From: Candidatus Helarchaeota archaeon | Lineage (GTDB): Archaea; Asgardarchaeota; Lokiarchaeia; Helarchaeales; RDOG01 | Assembly (NCBI GenBank): GCA_019058315.1 | Contig: JAHPZH010000006.1 | Location: forward strand, 249,715-313,714 | Direction: 5' to 3' | DNA length: 64,000 nucleotides | Shown: one piece after another, positions 38,797 through 49,180 of the stretch | Layout: each line of letters opens with the position of its first letter | Numbering within the stretch: the stretch's first letter is position 1 | Translations under genes and position numbers: made by a program | Notes under the pieces: model-generated | Database searches by the model: none | Told to the model about the DNA's origin: nothing | Seen by the model: only the letters and a program-made list of their open reading frames with translations

Positions 38797-40791
38797 ATGA
38801 GAGATTATAAGAAATTTAAATTTACTAAAAAGCAAGTGGGATTACCATCTTTTAACTTAGGAGTTGGATTGGACTCCCCCATTCTATCAAAATTGATTGA
38901 TGCAACGTATTATCCTATTACAATATTATTACAAGAAATATTAGGATTCGGATTTCCTAAAAATCGAGTTACAAGATTTAAAGAGCATTTAATTCCTTTA
39001 GAAGATGGTTCAAAACTTGCAACTGATGTTTATTTACCTAAAGTTGTGTACAAGAATTATTTAGAGAAAAAAATTGGTAAATCAAAATGTCCGACCATCC
39101 TTGTTAGACTTCCTTATTTTAAAGATTCTGTAAGTATAATCGGTTATTCTCTTGCTTCAAGAGGGTATACTGCAATAATTCAAGATATACGCGGCTGTGC
39201 ACGAAGCTCCCCCTACGGCACCAATACAATAATGCTCGGAGATAGAGCTGATGGATTTGAAACCCTTAAATGGATAACAAAAAGATTTTGGTATAATGGA
39301 AGGATTGGGATGTGGGGAGCGTCCTATTTTGGCGAAACCCAACTAGCGTTATCTTGGGATACTCATAATCTCATTACTTGTTTAAATCCTGGTCTTTGTT
39401 CTTATTCAAATATGATTTATCATGAGGGAGGTTTGAATTGTAATGAATTATTAGCCGGATTTCTTGATATACTATATGGAATTTCAAATACGACAGTTTC
39501 TGTTTCGGACACTAGTAAAATTAGCAAAAAAGGAGCCGAATATGTCGATTTAATGTTTAGATGTCCTTATGATCGTTTATATAACGACCCTCTTGATATT
39601 AAGGACTCCCTTATTAATCTTGGTGATTTAACAGGGAAGGGTTTCAAAGAAATTACTAAATTATTAAATAACAAATTTAATCTCAATCTAAACTTTTCAA
39701 AAAAAGATGATGGAAGCTTTAATAAGTTCATTGAAAAAGCAATTTATGAAAGAAAATTTGATCTACAATCAAAGTTAATGCCATCTAATCTAAATATTGA
39801 TTGGGCTCAAATAGATACTCCTATGCTTTTAATTGCTGGTTGGTACGACCTTTTCTTAGAAAAAATATTAAAGGACTTTATCACAATTCAAAAAATCACA
39901 CCGAAAGAAGCTCAAAAACATATTAAATTAATAATTGGGCCTTGGGGGCATGCCGATAAGGGGCATGCTGATTTAAGTCTGCTTGGTGGCATGCTAGGGT
40001 TAGTGAAGGAGTTATTTCCTATTAAGTGGTTTAATTATTGGTTAAATGGAAAAGATAATGCTTGGAAACATCAACCTGCTATTTGGTATTATGTTTTATG
40101 TAAAAATATCTGGCGACATACAAATAAATGGCCTCTACCAAACACCCAATATACAAAATATTTTATTCACTCTAAAGGTAAAGCTAATAGTAAATTTGGA
40201 AATGGTAAACTTACTGTAGAGGAACCAAAAGATGAGCTAACAGATTCTTATAAATTTCATCCTATGAATCCAGTACTAACTAAAGGTGGACGAAATCTAA
40301 ATATCGCAATAGGTGGCTTAGAACAAAATGAATCAGAATCTAGAAAAGATGTTTTAGTATATACTTCTGATAAATTAAAGCAAGGAATCCAAATTACCGG
40401 TCCTATTCAAATGATAATTTATGCTTCTTCTTCAGCAATAGATACTGACTTCATGGCTAAGTTGGTTGACGTGTATCCTAATGGAAAGGCTATTAATATT
40501 CTTGATGATGGTATTAGAACTCGATTTCGTGATGGTTTAGAATCTCTAAATTTGATTGAACCTGATAGAATTTATAAATATATAATCAATTTAGGAAATA
40601 CATGTATCTATTTTAGAAAAGATCATAAAATTAGAGTTGATATAACTTCAAGTAATTTCCCAAAATATGATATAAATTCAAATCTAGGTGGAAAACAAAA
40701 TGAAAAGGGATATACACTCGCTCTTCAAAAAATTTTCCATAATTCAGATAATCCATCTCATATTATTTTACCTATAATTCCAGAAAAATAG
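38797..40791 (+). CDS. CocE/NonD family serine hydrolase
   Basis: LATDVYLP, QDIRG, GMWGASYFG, GWYD, IGPWGH, SSNFPKY. Confidence 0.92.
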   Translation: MRDYKKFKFTKKQVGLPSFNLGVGLDSPILSKLIDATYYPITILLQEILGFGFPKNRVTRFKEHLIPLEDGSKLATDVYLPKVVYKNYLEKKIGKSKCPTILVRLPYFKDSVSIIGYSLASRGYTAIIQDIRGCARSSPYGTNTIMLGDRADGFETLKWITKRFWYNGRIGMWGASYFGETQLALSWDTHNLITCLNPGLCSYSNMIYHEGGLNCNELLAGFLDILYGISNTTVSVSDTSKISKKGAEYVDLMFRCPYDRLYNDPLDIKDSLINLGDLTGKGFKEITKLLNNKFNLNLNFSKKDDGSFNKFIEKAIYERKFDLQSKLMPSNLNIDWAQIDTPMLLIAGWYDLFLEKILKDFITIQKITPKEAQKHIKLIIGPWGHADKGHADLSLLGGMLGLVKELFPIKWFNYWLNGKDNAWKHQPAIWYYVLCKNIWRHTNKWPLPNTQYTKYFIHSKGKANSKFGNGKLTVEEPKDELTDSYKFHPMNPVLTKGGRNLNIAIGGLEQNESESRKDVLVYTSDKLKQGIQITGPIQMIIYASSSAIDTDFMAKLVDVYPNGKAINILDDGIRTRFRDGLESLNLIEPDRIYKYIINLGNTCIYFRKDHKIRVDITSSNFPKYDINSNLGGKQNEKGYTLALQKIFHNSDNPSHIILPIIPEK

Positions 40792-40868
40792 AAAAATAAT
40801 GAAAAAACAAAAATATTTTTAATTTAAAATTAATTGTTATGCAGTAGGATGAATTATAATAATTTTTA

Positions 40869-42095
40869 TTGGTAAAGAAAATGAAAAAAGCTATTTTAGT
40901 TGATTCTGATAAATTTCAGAATTATGACTTTGGACCTTCGCACCCACTTACACCTAAAAGACTTATTTTAACCCATAAATTAATCGAATTAATTGGTATG
41001 TTTGATGACCCAGATGTTGACCTAGAAGAAGCTAGGTATGCAACTGATGAAGAAGTGGGTTTAATACATGGTGAAGAATTTATTAAATTATTAAAAATCG
41101 CAAGTAAACCCTTAGCACCAGATTCTATGTGGGAAATTGGATTAGGACCTGGGGATAATCCAATTTTTGAAGGAATGTATGATGCATCTAGACTTTATGT
41201 TGGAAGTACTCTATTAGCTGCTGATCTAATAATGAAAGGGGAAACCAAACGTGCATTTAATATTAGTGGAGGATTGCACCATGCATTAGGCTCAAAAGCC
41301 ATGGATGCAAATGGAAAAACGGTAGATACTGGAAGGGATGATCGTGCATCTGGCTTTTGTATTTTGAACGATTGCGCAATTGCTGCTGCATATCTTACTA
41401 AAAATTATGGGGTAAAGAAGATTCTTTATTTCGATGTGGACGCACACCATGGGGACGGAGTTCAATGGATATTTTATAACTTAAATAATGTCTTAACTTG
41501 CTCAATTCACCAAGATGGAAGATCTCTGTTTCCAGGAACTGGCTTCATTGGAGAAAATGGACGAGGTGAAGGAAAAGGATATGCAGTAAATATTCCAGTA
41601 CTACCTTATACATTTGAAGAACCATATCTTGAAGTGTTAAAAGAGATTGTATATCCCGTTGCAAAGAAATATAAACCAGATATAGTAATAACCCAGTGTG
41701 GTGCAGATACTCATTTTTCCGATCCATTAACCAATTTATTCTTAACAACCGGTACTTATCAAAAAATAGCCAAATTTATTTATGACTTAACAAATGAATT
41801 TTGTGATGGGAAATGGCTAGCACTTGGTGGTGGAGGTTATAGCCCCGATATAGTAGGAAAAGCTTGGACGATATATTTTGCGCAGATGGCTGATTACAAA
41901 TTACCTGAGAAAGTTCCAGAGGCTTGGATGGATTTAAGTAAAGAATTAATAGGAAAAACACCTACTCCATATTTCATCGATAAAGAAAATCCTCTTTCCC
42001 GTCTTCGAGAGGAAGATCAACAATTAATCAAAGATAAAACTAAAGAAATTATCGAAAAAGTAAAAGAAGTCGTTTTTCCCCTTTTAGGTATTTAA
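40869..42095 (+). CDS. acuC: AcuC / histone-deacetylase family protein
   Basis: HPLTP, GGLHHA, SGFC, DVDAHHGDG, GAD, GGGGY. Confidence 0.9.
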   Translation: MVKKMKKAILVDSDKFQNYDFGPSHPLTPKRLILTHKLIELIGMFDDPDVDLEEARYATDEEVGLIHGEEFIKLLKIASKPLAPDSMWEIGLGPGDNPIFEGMYDASRLYVGSTLLAADLIMKGETKRAFNISGGLHHALGSKAMDANGKTVDTGRDDRASGFCILNDCAIAAAYLTKNYGVKKILYFDVDAHHGDGVQWIFYNLNNVLTCSIHQDGRSLFPGTGFIGENGRGEGKGYAVNIPVLPYTFEEPYLEVLKEIVYPVAKKYKPDIVITQCGADTHFSDPLTNLFLTTGTYQKIAKFIYDLTNEFCDGKWLALGGGGYSPDIVGKAWTIYFAQMADYKLPEKVPEAWMDLSKELIGKTPTPYFIDKENPLSRLREEDQQLIKDKTKEIIEKVKEVVFPLLGI

Positions 42096-42121
42096 TTTTC
42101 TTTCTTATTTTTAAATTATTT

Positions 42122-43645
42122 TCAAAAAGTATTGATAGAGATTCGCAATTTTTCAACAAATTTATTCAAAATTAGTTTAAATCTAGAAAATATATATGTT
42201 AACATATTTTTTTCTTTATTTTTCTTTGGATTTTTAATAGTTTCATAAATTTCTTCCCAAATTTTGAGTTCTTCAATTTTAATATTGTTAAATGGGAGCC
42301 GATTTTGTCCAAATGTTGCGATTTCTATCATTAAATTTTCGAAACCCGTGACAAATTGATTAAGAATTTTAGCTCCGCCATAATGATAAAAGTTAAAGAC
42401 ATAGGAAATGGCATCTATTACGGCAAAAAACATATCTTTAACCCAGAATTTAAATCTGCACCACATATAACGTCTTGCTAAGGTCAACTTGGAAATATTT
42501 TTAAAACCAAGAATTACATTCATTATCATATTTTTCCATTTTTCATCTAAATGGGCATATTTAATTATTCCTTCAAGCCAAATCCGTGTAAATCTCCTAA
42601 GAAATAATATACTCTTTAGTTCTTTTCCAAAATCCTTCAACCATAGTTTTTGATAAAGCCTCAAATTCTTTTCTGAAAAAGAATGACCTTTTTTTAATAT
42701 TTCAATACAAGTTTTTGCTGCAATTTCTCCAGAAGATAATGCGTAATATAATCCTTCTCCAGACAATGAATTTACGAAACCTGCAGCATCACCAATTAAT
42801 AGTACCTTATCCCCATAAGTTTTTTTTAGTGGAAGTTTTAATGGTATTAATGCACCCTTCAAATTTTCTATTTTTAAATCTGGAATTATTCCTTCTTCAT
42901 TCAATAGTGCAATATATTTATGATAGACTTCTTTCAAATTATCTTTTTTTTCAGAGAGTAAACAACCTATACCAATATTTATTCTATTTTTTTTAAAGAA
43001 CGTCCATGCGTAACCATAAAGATTTTCAAAGCCTATATGAATATGGATTCCTTTTTTATGTTTTTGAAGATGTTTAATATGATCTTCATTAATCTCAAAC
43101 TCTTTTAAAATGCAAACTCCTAGTTGATCTGGTCTCCAACGCAGATTCAATCCCGACTTTTTTGCAATAAGACTTCTAACTCCATCTGCACCGATAATAA
43201 CTTTACATTCTACTATAGAATCAGATTTTGAGCGAATTCTAACCGAATCTTTATTAAAAATTACATTTTTTATGTGATAATCATCAATAAATTCAACACC
43301 TGCGTTTTTAGCTATTTTTACTAATTCGTAATCAAATTCATCCCGAAAAACCATGAATCCTAAAGGATTCTCGCTTACAATTTCCGCAGAATATTTAAGA
43401 GAGGGAGAATAAATTTTTCCATCAAAAATTTCTTGTGAGGTTAATAATTTTCGTAAAATTTCTGCAATATATGGAAACCGTTCAATTACTCTTCTTGTTA
43501 ATGCACCACCACAAGGTTTATTACGGGGAAACTTTGCCCTATCTATTAATAGTACCTTAAAACCCTCTTCAGCAATAAATTTAGCGGCAGTGCTTCCTGC
43601 TGGACCTGCACCAACTATAATAACATCAAAAATATTTCGATCCAT
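42122..43645 (-). CDS. Geranylgeranyl reductase family FAD oxidoreductase with C-terminal extension
   Basis: GAGPAG, KPCGG, GADG, YAWTF, GDAAGFVNSLSGEG. Confidence 0.85.
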   Translation of the reverse strand: MDRNIFDVIIVGAGPAGSTAAKFIAEEGFKVLLIDRAKFPRNKPCGGALTRRVIERFPYIAEILRKLLTSQEIFDGKIYSPSLKYSAEIVSENPLGFMVFRDEFDYELVKIAKNAGVEFIDDYHIKNVIFNKDSVRIRSKSDSIVECKVIIGADGVRSLIAKKSGLNLRWRPDQLGVCILKEFEINEDHIKHLQKHKKGIHIHIGFENLYGYAWTFFKKNRINIGIGCLLSEKKDNLKEVYHKYIALLNEEGIIPDLKIENLKGALIPLKLPLKKTYGDKVLLIGDAAGFVNSLSGEGLYYALSSGEIAAKTCIEILKKGHSFSEKNLRLYQKLWLKDFGKELKSILFLRRFTRIWLEGIIKYAHLDEKWKNMIMNVILGFKNISKLTLARRYMWCRFKFWVKDMFFAVIDAISYVFNFYHYGGAKILNQFVTGFENLMIEIATFGQNRLPFNNIKIEELKIWEEIYETIKNPKKNKEKNMLTYIFSRFKLILNKFVEKLRISINTF

Positions 43646-43769
43646 CAGAAGATTAACCTATACTTATTCATTTATAAGGAATAATACGACAGTCTATAAG
43701 ATTTTTTACCATTAAATAATTAAACTAATCAAATTTTATCCTAGTAATCGCAGAAAAATATTGGTATTA

Positions 43770-45257
43770 TCAATCTTTCCATAATTCGGGATCTTTAGGA
43801 AGTAATTGCGAATATACTCCATATTTCCGTATATGATTCAACCATGGTAGCACTGCTTCAAAAAATTGACGAAAAATTTGCATTGTGCCATACAATTCAA
43901 TTCCTTGTCGAACTTCGTAGATTAATCGCCCTAAGAGATATCTGGGACTAAAATGCATACTTTTATATGCATATTTAATTAAATTTTTCATATCTTCTTT
44001 GGTTAATTCTGAAAGTTCCAATACTGGGTCCATCATAGTGTATTCTGACCAATCTGTGGGAATTTCTTTAATCCATCCCTTCTCTAATGCTTCATCATAA
44101 AACGGAGTTCCTGGATATGGTGTTGCAGCTGCCCAAACTACAAAGCTCGGACGTAATTTTTTCTTAACCCATTCTATAGTATTTAAACAATTTTTAAAAG
44201 TATCACCTGGAAATCCGAATGCTAACGAGGCGATTGTATTTAGACCCAATTTTTTTGCGTGTTTAAATACAGCCTCGACTTTTTGAGTTGTTATTCCTTT
44301 ATGAACATTATCCAAAATCGCTTGATCTCCAGATTCAACTCCAAAGAACAACATTGCGCACCCTGCTTTCCTCATCTTTCTAAGAATTTCATAATTTACA
44401 GTTTCTACACGTAATGCAGAACCCCAACAAACTTTTCCTACAAGACCTTGAGCGTGCATTTCATTACAAATATCGTAAACTCGTCTTTTATCTAAAGCAA
44501 AACAATCATCCATAAAACCTATGATTGTGGCTTTATATTTTTCATTAATATACTTTACTTCATTCACAACATCTTCAGCTGATCGTTTTCTCCATCTATG
44601 TTGGTAAAATTTAGTAATAGAGCAAAATTGACAAAGTTGATTGCAACCTCTAGAAGATACCATTGAAGTTCCTTTCATATTTGAACCAAAAAAATGATAC
44701 GACTTAGTTGGAAATATATGCCTTGCTGGCCATGGAATTTCATCTAAATTTTCTATAAGTTTTTCATCTTCATTATGTTTTATAATTCCATTTTCTCGAT
44801 ATGAAATTCCTCTAATTTCTTTTAAATTCGGTTCATTTGTTTCTAAAGTATTAAGTAAATTTGTAATAATTCTTTCTCCCTCTCCACGTACTATAAAATC
44901 TGTCTCGGGGGAAAGTTGCAGAGATTGTTCAGGAAGAAATGTCACATGATGCCCACCTATGACAATTTTAACATCAGGTAGAACATCTTTAGCAAGTTTA
45001 GCATACTGAGCTGCGTAATTAAACAATGGGGTAAAGGCTTGGATTGCAATAACATCCGGAGAATATTTTTTAAAGATGCCTTTAACTTGGTTTTGATTTA
45101 ATTCGAAAACTGCTGCATCGAGTGCTCTGACTTGATGGTCTTTTTCAAGTACTCCACCAATATAAGCAAGACCAAGAGGAATTGCTGTATAATTAATTAA
45201 TCTATGCCGTTTATATTTTGATACTTGACCTGCTGGATTGACCAATAAGACCCTCAT
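43770..45257 (-). CDS. B12-binding radical SAM protein
   Basis: PLGLAY, GGHH, RGEGE, SRGCNQLCQFC, GVESG, TPYPGT. Confidence 0.92.
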   Translation of the reverse strand: MRVLLVNPAGQVSKYKRHRLINYTAIPLGLAYIGGVLEKDHQVRALDAAVFELNQNQVKGIFKKYSPDVIAIQAFTPLFNYAAQYAKLAKDVLPDVKIVIGGHHVTFLPEQSLQLSPETDFIVRGEGERIITNLLNTLETNEPNLKEIRGISYRENGIIKHNEDEKLIENLDEIPWPARHIFPTKSYHFFGSNMKGTSMVSSRGCNQLCQFCSITKFYQHRWRKRSAEDVVNEVKYINEKYKATIIGFMDDCFALDKRRVYDICNEMHAQGLVGKVCWGSALRVETVNYEILRKMRKAGCAMLFFGVESGDQAILDNVHKGITTQKVEAVFKHAKKLGLNTIASLAFGFPGDTFKNCLNTIEWVKKKLRPSFVVWAAATPYPGTPFYDEALEKGWIKEIPTDWSEYTMMDPVLELSELTKEDMKNLIKYAYKSMHFSPRYLLGRLIYEVRQGIELYGTMQIFRQFFEAVLPWLNHIRKYGVYSQLLPKDPELWKD

Positions 45258-45449
45258 ATTAATCTCACTTCATTAAAAAATCCTAAACTAAAATAATAAA
45301 TTATTTCAATGGGAATAGCACTGTAATATTCTTTAGATAGTTTTAACATAAAGCCGTCGCTTTTAATTAGTAGATATAGCTAAAAAATAATAAATTTTGT
45401 AATTTAAAGTAAAATATCTTTATAATTTACCATGAATAATGATATATAT

Positions 45450-46472
45450 TTATGTTTCCTTATTCTCTAGTTTCTTTTCAAATTCAGAGGGTAGAGCACA
45501 ACACGAATCTATTTTTTTAATGACATAACCGTTTTTAGTTGCATATTTTATGAGAGCATTTGACGGTATTTCGATTCTATTAATTCCTGCTTTAAAAGCT
45601 AGTAAATCTAGTTGCTTACGAAAATTTCCCCCTGGTCTCATACAACCTAGAGAAATGGGAGTGGTTGGGAACATTAATCGTGCAATAGCAATTATTTTAA
45701 TTATTTTTTCAAGCTCTAATTTAATGTTTTCCATAAGTGTATTTTTTGTAGGCACTAATGCAAGCAGGACAATTAGATATGGTTTGAATTCTTCTATTAA
45801 TTTTAAAGCCTCAAATTCACCTGCAATTTCACCAAAATTTAACCCAATACAAATATGAGGAGCCACATATTTAATATTAGCCTCTTTTAAAGCTTTTAAG
45901 CTTTTCAAGTAATCATGAGGGGTCTTATTTATGCCATATACTTGTTTAATAGTTTCAGCATCACCAACAATATCAAATGATACAATATCAATTTCTGTTT
46001 TGCTTAATTTTTCTGCGAATTCTTTTGAGATTAATCCTGTATGTACATTTAGGATTAAGTTAGTATTTCTTTTTATATAAGACAAAGCTGCAATATAAGG
46101 TTCAAATGGTAATGCAAAATTTTCATCAAAACCTCCGCTAATAAGACAACCAATAGCCCCATCTTCTTCTAATTTCTTACATACTGTAATTAGTTTTTCT
46201 GGAGTATCTGCATTCGTCATCAATTCTAGATAATGTTTATTGCAATGCTTACAATTTAAAAAACACTGAGATCCTGTAATAGAGATAGCTGGAAATTTTT
46301 TACCAGGTATATAGCTATTTATAACTTTTCCAAAATTCTTATCTGTTATTTTTCTTGTAATTTTCAATAATTCATTAAGTTGATTTTTATTAATTTGAAA
46401 AATATCATTAATCCATTCTGATTGAAATGAGTTATACTCTATTTTGTCAAATAGTTTTTGCAGGTTCTCCAT
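45450..46472 (-). CDS. lipS1: Radical SAM lipoyl synthase subunit LipS1
   Basis: SITGSQCFLNCKHC, GCMR and C-terminal CC; adjacent to a lipoate ligase and LipS2. Confidence 0.8.
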   Translation of the reverse strand: MENLQKLFDKIEYNSFQSEWINDIFQINKNQLNELLKITRKITDKNFGKVINSYIPGKKFPAISITGSQCFLNCKHCNKHYLELMTNADTPEKLITVCKKLEEDGAIGCLISGGFDENFALPFEPYIAALSYIKRNTNLILNVHTGLISKEFAEKLSKTEIDIVSFDIVGDAETIKQVYGINKTPHDYLKSLKALKEANIKYVAPHICIGLNFGEIAGEFEALKLIEEFKPYLIVLLALVPTKNTLMENIKLELEKIIKIIAIARLMFPTTPISLGCMRPGGNFRKQLDLLAFKAGINRIEIPSNALIKYATKNGYVIKKIDSCCALPSEFEKKLENKET

Positions 46473-46486
46473 TTCTCTTTCATATA

Positions 46487-47260
46487 TTATCTTATTTTAA
46501 AATTCCATTCTTTGGTATAATATTTTGTGTTACGAAGTTTTTCAGCCATTTTTAATTCGTAATTTGTAAGTATTCCAGTTTTAAAATTATTTCCAAAGAC
46601 TTCTTCATATCCTTCAACTAGAAATTCTTTTATTTGGTTAATTTTCATGCTTTTTTTAATTTCTTCCTTGATAGTTGTAACTTTTTGGAATACAGAACTT
46701 ATAACTTTCTCTCTTTTTTGCTCTTCACGAACTAATAGAACTTTATACATTAATTCTGGATTGTAATCTAATAATATAGTACCATGTTGTAAAATCACAT
46801 TTTTTCTCCTAGTTTGGGCATTTCCAGAGATTTTCCGATTATTCACAAAGATTGATGGACAGTGGGATTTTCCATGATATGCTTCTAACCCAATCTTTGA
46901 TAATGCAATAATAATACCATGACATAATTTTCGAAATGATTCGTCAATATTGATTGGAATTAAATCAGTTTGTTTTGCGATTATACTATAGGTAATTTCA
47001 CCATTATAATCATGGAAGACAGCCCCTCCGCCGGATATTCTCCTAACAACTTTAAACCCTAAGTTTTTACATGAATCAAGATCAATTTCATTTGAAATGC
47101 TTTGATTTTTCCCAATAGAGCAAGTAGAAGGAAACCATCTATAAAATCTAAGAGTATTTGGAACTTTGTTTTCTATACGTGCATTTAATATAGCTTCATC
47201 TATAGCCATATTAGTATAACCATCATAAGTATCTAAATCGATGAGCCGCCAGTTATCCAT
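46487..47260 (-). CDS. lplA: Lipoate-protein ligase A family (catalytic domain only)
   Basis: NMAIDE, RRISGGGAVFHD, KISGNAQ, QHGT. Confidence 0.9.
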   Translation of the reverse strand: MDNWRLIDLDTYDGYTNMAIDEAILNARIENKVPNTLRFYRWFPSTCSIGKNQSISNEIDLDSCKNLGFKVVRRISGGGAVFHDYNGEITYSIIAKQTDLIPINIDESFRKLCHGIIIALSKIGLEAYHGKSHCPSIFVNNRKISGNAQTRRKNVILQHGTILLDYNPELMYKVLLVREEQKREKVISSVFQKVTTIKEEIKKSMKINQIKEFLVEGYEEVFGNNFKTGILTNYELKMAEKLRNTKYYTKEWNFKIR

Positions 47261-47264
47261 AATT

Positions 47265-48263
47265 CTATTTCCTCTCTAAAATATCATGAAAAAATTTTTC
47301 TATGTTTTTTAATTCATATGATGATAAAGGTTTTGGAAAGTTATAAAGTTCTTGACCTGGGCGTTCATTATAATAAGGGCGATTGCAATTTGGGCATCCA
47401 CTTGTCATAAACGGCAAACCACTTTGTATAATCTTAAATAATTTAGTTGATTCTATTCCAAATTCTGTAATATTTCCTTCTTCATCAAATTTAAAATCAT
47501 TTATATTTGCCAGCTTTTTAATAATTAAATAACGAGTTAATTGAATTTTTCGATACTTCTCAAGAGAAGGTTGGAGTTTATTTTCTAAAGTTGTTCCTTT
47601 AATTGGAGTGAATGCAAATAATCCAGTACTTATTCCTAAATCAAATAAGTTTTGTAAAAATGATAATGCCTCAAAATCTGTTTCTCCTAACCCTATAATT
47701 AAGTGAGAAGTAACAGAAAAGGTACCAAAAATTTTTACTGCTTCCTTAATAGTCATTAAATGAGTTTCCCATTTATATGGTCCTTTATTTTGTATCCCCT
47801 TTATTTTGGAAAAAATAAGTGGAGTTGCAGCATCTAATGCTATCCCTATTCTATTTACCCCTAAATCATGTAACTTCTTTAATTGATTTCTATCGAGAGG
47901 TGGAATTGATAAAGAAATAGGTAAATTTTGAGAATTTCTTAATTTATTTATTATTATTTTTAAATCTTCAAATAATTCGGGGTAATTTAATGCTTGTATA
48001 CAGATCCTTTTAAAAATATTCTTTGCCTTTTTATCCGAAAAACCTTTTATTACCTCTTTTAAGGGGAAAATTGGCCATTGAATACGTGATAAAAACTCCT
48101 CTTTAGTTTGACTTTCTCTTGCTTGAGGGCAAAACGCACAATTGGCGTAACATTTTCTGGGAATATAGGTCATTAAATATGCAGTTGTTGGGAAGGCATC
48201 CAGTTTACAAGAAGTTAATCCTAAAATTGTGGCAGTTCCGAGAGATACTCTAATTTTTTCCAC
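47265..48263 (-). CDS. lipS2: Radical SAM lipoyl synthase subunit LipS2
   Basis: CYANCAFCPQAR and TSGCPNCNRP. Confidence 0.82.
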   Translation of the reverse strand: MEKIRVSLGTATILGLTSCKLDAFPTTAYLMTYIPRKCYANCAFCPQARESQTKEEFLSRIQWPIFPLKEVIKGFSDKKAKNIFKRICIQALNYPELFEDLKIIINKLRNSQNLPISLSIPPLDRNQLKKLHDLGVNRIGIALDAATPLIFSKIKGIQNKGPYKWETHLMTIKEAVKIFGTFSVTSHLIIGLGETDFEALSFLQNLFDLGISTGLFAFTPIKGTTLENKLQPSLEKYRKIQLTRYLIIKKLANINDFKFDEEGNITEFGIESTKLFKIIQSGLPFMTSGCPNCNRPYYNERPGQELYNFPKPLSSYELKNIEKFFHDILERK

Positions 48264-48295
48264 ATATTAACCTCTTATTATTCAAAAGATTATAT

Positions 48296-48493
48296 TCAAT
48301 AGGTACTTCGAACACCATAAGGAAATTCTTGTCCACAATGTGGACATTTTATCATTCCACAATCTCCCATAGCTACAGAAGGACATGAGCCACAAGCGGT
48401 CATTCTTGCATACATTGGACTGAATTGGCGATGGCATTTCGGACACATAACCAGATTTTTAGTCGAACCACTGATTTTTCTCAATATATACAA
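48296..48493 (-). CDS. Small Cys-rich (Zn or Fe-S) protein
   Basis: CPKC...ACGSC...C..IKCPHC in 65 aa, upstream of lipS2 on the same strand. Confidence 0.7.
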   Translation of the reverse strand: MYILRKISGSTKNLVMCPKCHRQFSPMYARMTACGSCPSVAMGDCGMIKCPHCGQEFPYGVRSTY

Positions 48494-48530
48494 CCTTTAA
48501 TTAAGAAATTGTTATAAAATCTACATTTGT

Positions 48531-49136
48531 TTGATCGAAAAGATCATTTTAAATTTTCTCGATTTTAAATATTTAATTGAAAATTATAATAAAATGATAG
48601 CACGGGATGGTTTGTTGTCTAATAAAATATTTGAAGTTTTGGTTAGCTTTATGGCTGAAAAATTATTTGATAAATTAATTGATAAATTGCATTTTAAAAA
48701 GAAAGAAACAAAAAGTATTGCATCAGGTTTTATTGATGGTGCATATGCTACACTTTATTATGAGGGAGAAAAATTTACAATTATTATTCCTGATGAAAAA
48801 CTTACTGAAGAAGAATGTAGAAAAATTGCAAAAAAAATTCTTTTAGAATTATATAAATTAGAAGGAATTGAATTAGATATTAATGAAATTGAAATAAGAA
48901 TGAAAGGTTTTGCTTCAGGGATTTGTAATTATTGTCTAATTAGATTTCCATTTACTTATAAATGCAAGAGATGTAAAGGCTATTATTGTTCTGAACATCG
49001 TCTTCCCGAAAAACATAATTGTCCTGGTGAGAGGGAAATCAAATTCGAAATAAAGCAAAAAGAAAAATTTAAAAAGAAGAAGGAAAGTGGAGAAAAAACA
49101 GAAAAAATTGTGATAACAGAATCACATTGTGGATAA
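48531..49136 (+). CDS. AN1-type zinc-finger protein
   Basis: CNYC...CKRC...CSEHRLPEKHNC; true start is probably ATG 48594 or 48651. Confidence 0.82.
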   Translation: MIEKIILNFLDFKYLIENYNKMIARDGLLSNKIFEVLVSFMAEKLFDKLIDKLHFKKKETKSIASGFIDGAYATLYYEGEKFTIIIPDEKLTEEECRKIAKKILLELYKLEGIELDINEIEIRMKGFASGICNYCLIRFPFTYKCKRCKGYYCSEHRLPEKHNCPGEREIKFEIKQKEKFKKKKESGEKTEKIVITESHCG

Positions 49137-49180
49137 TTTTAGTTTAAAATATTAATTATTTCATTCAAAATTTTGAAAAA

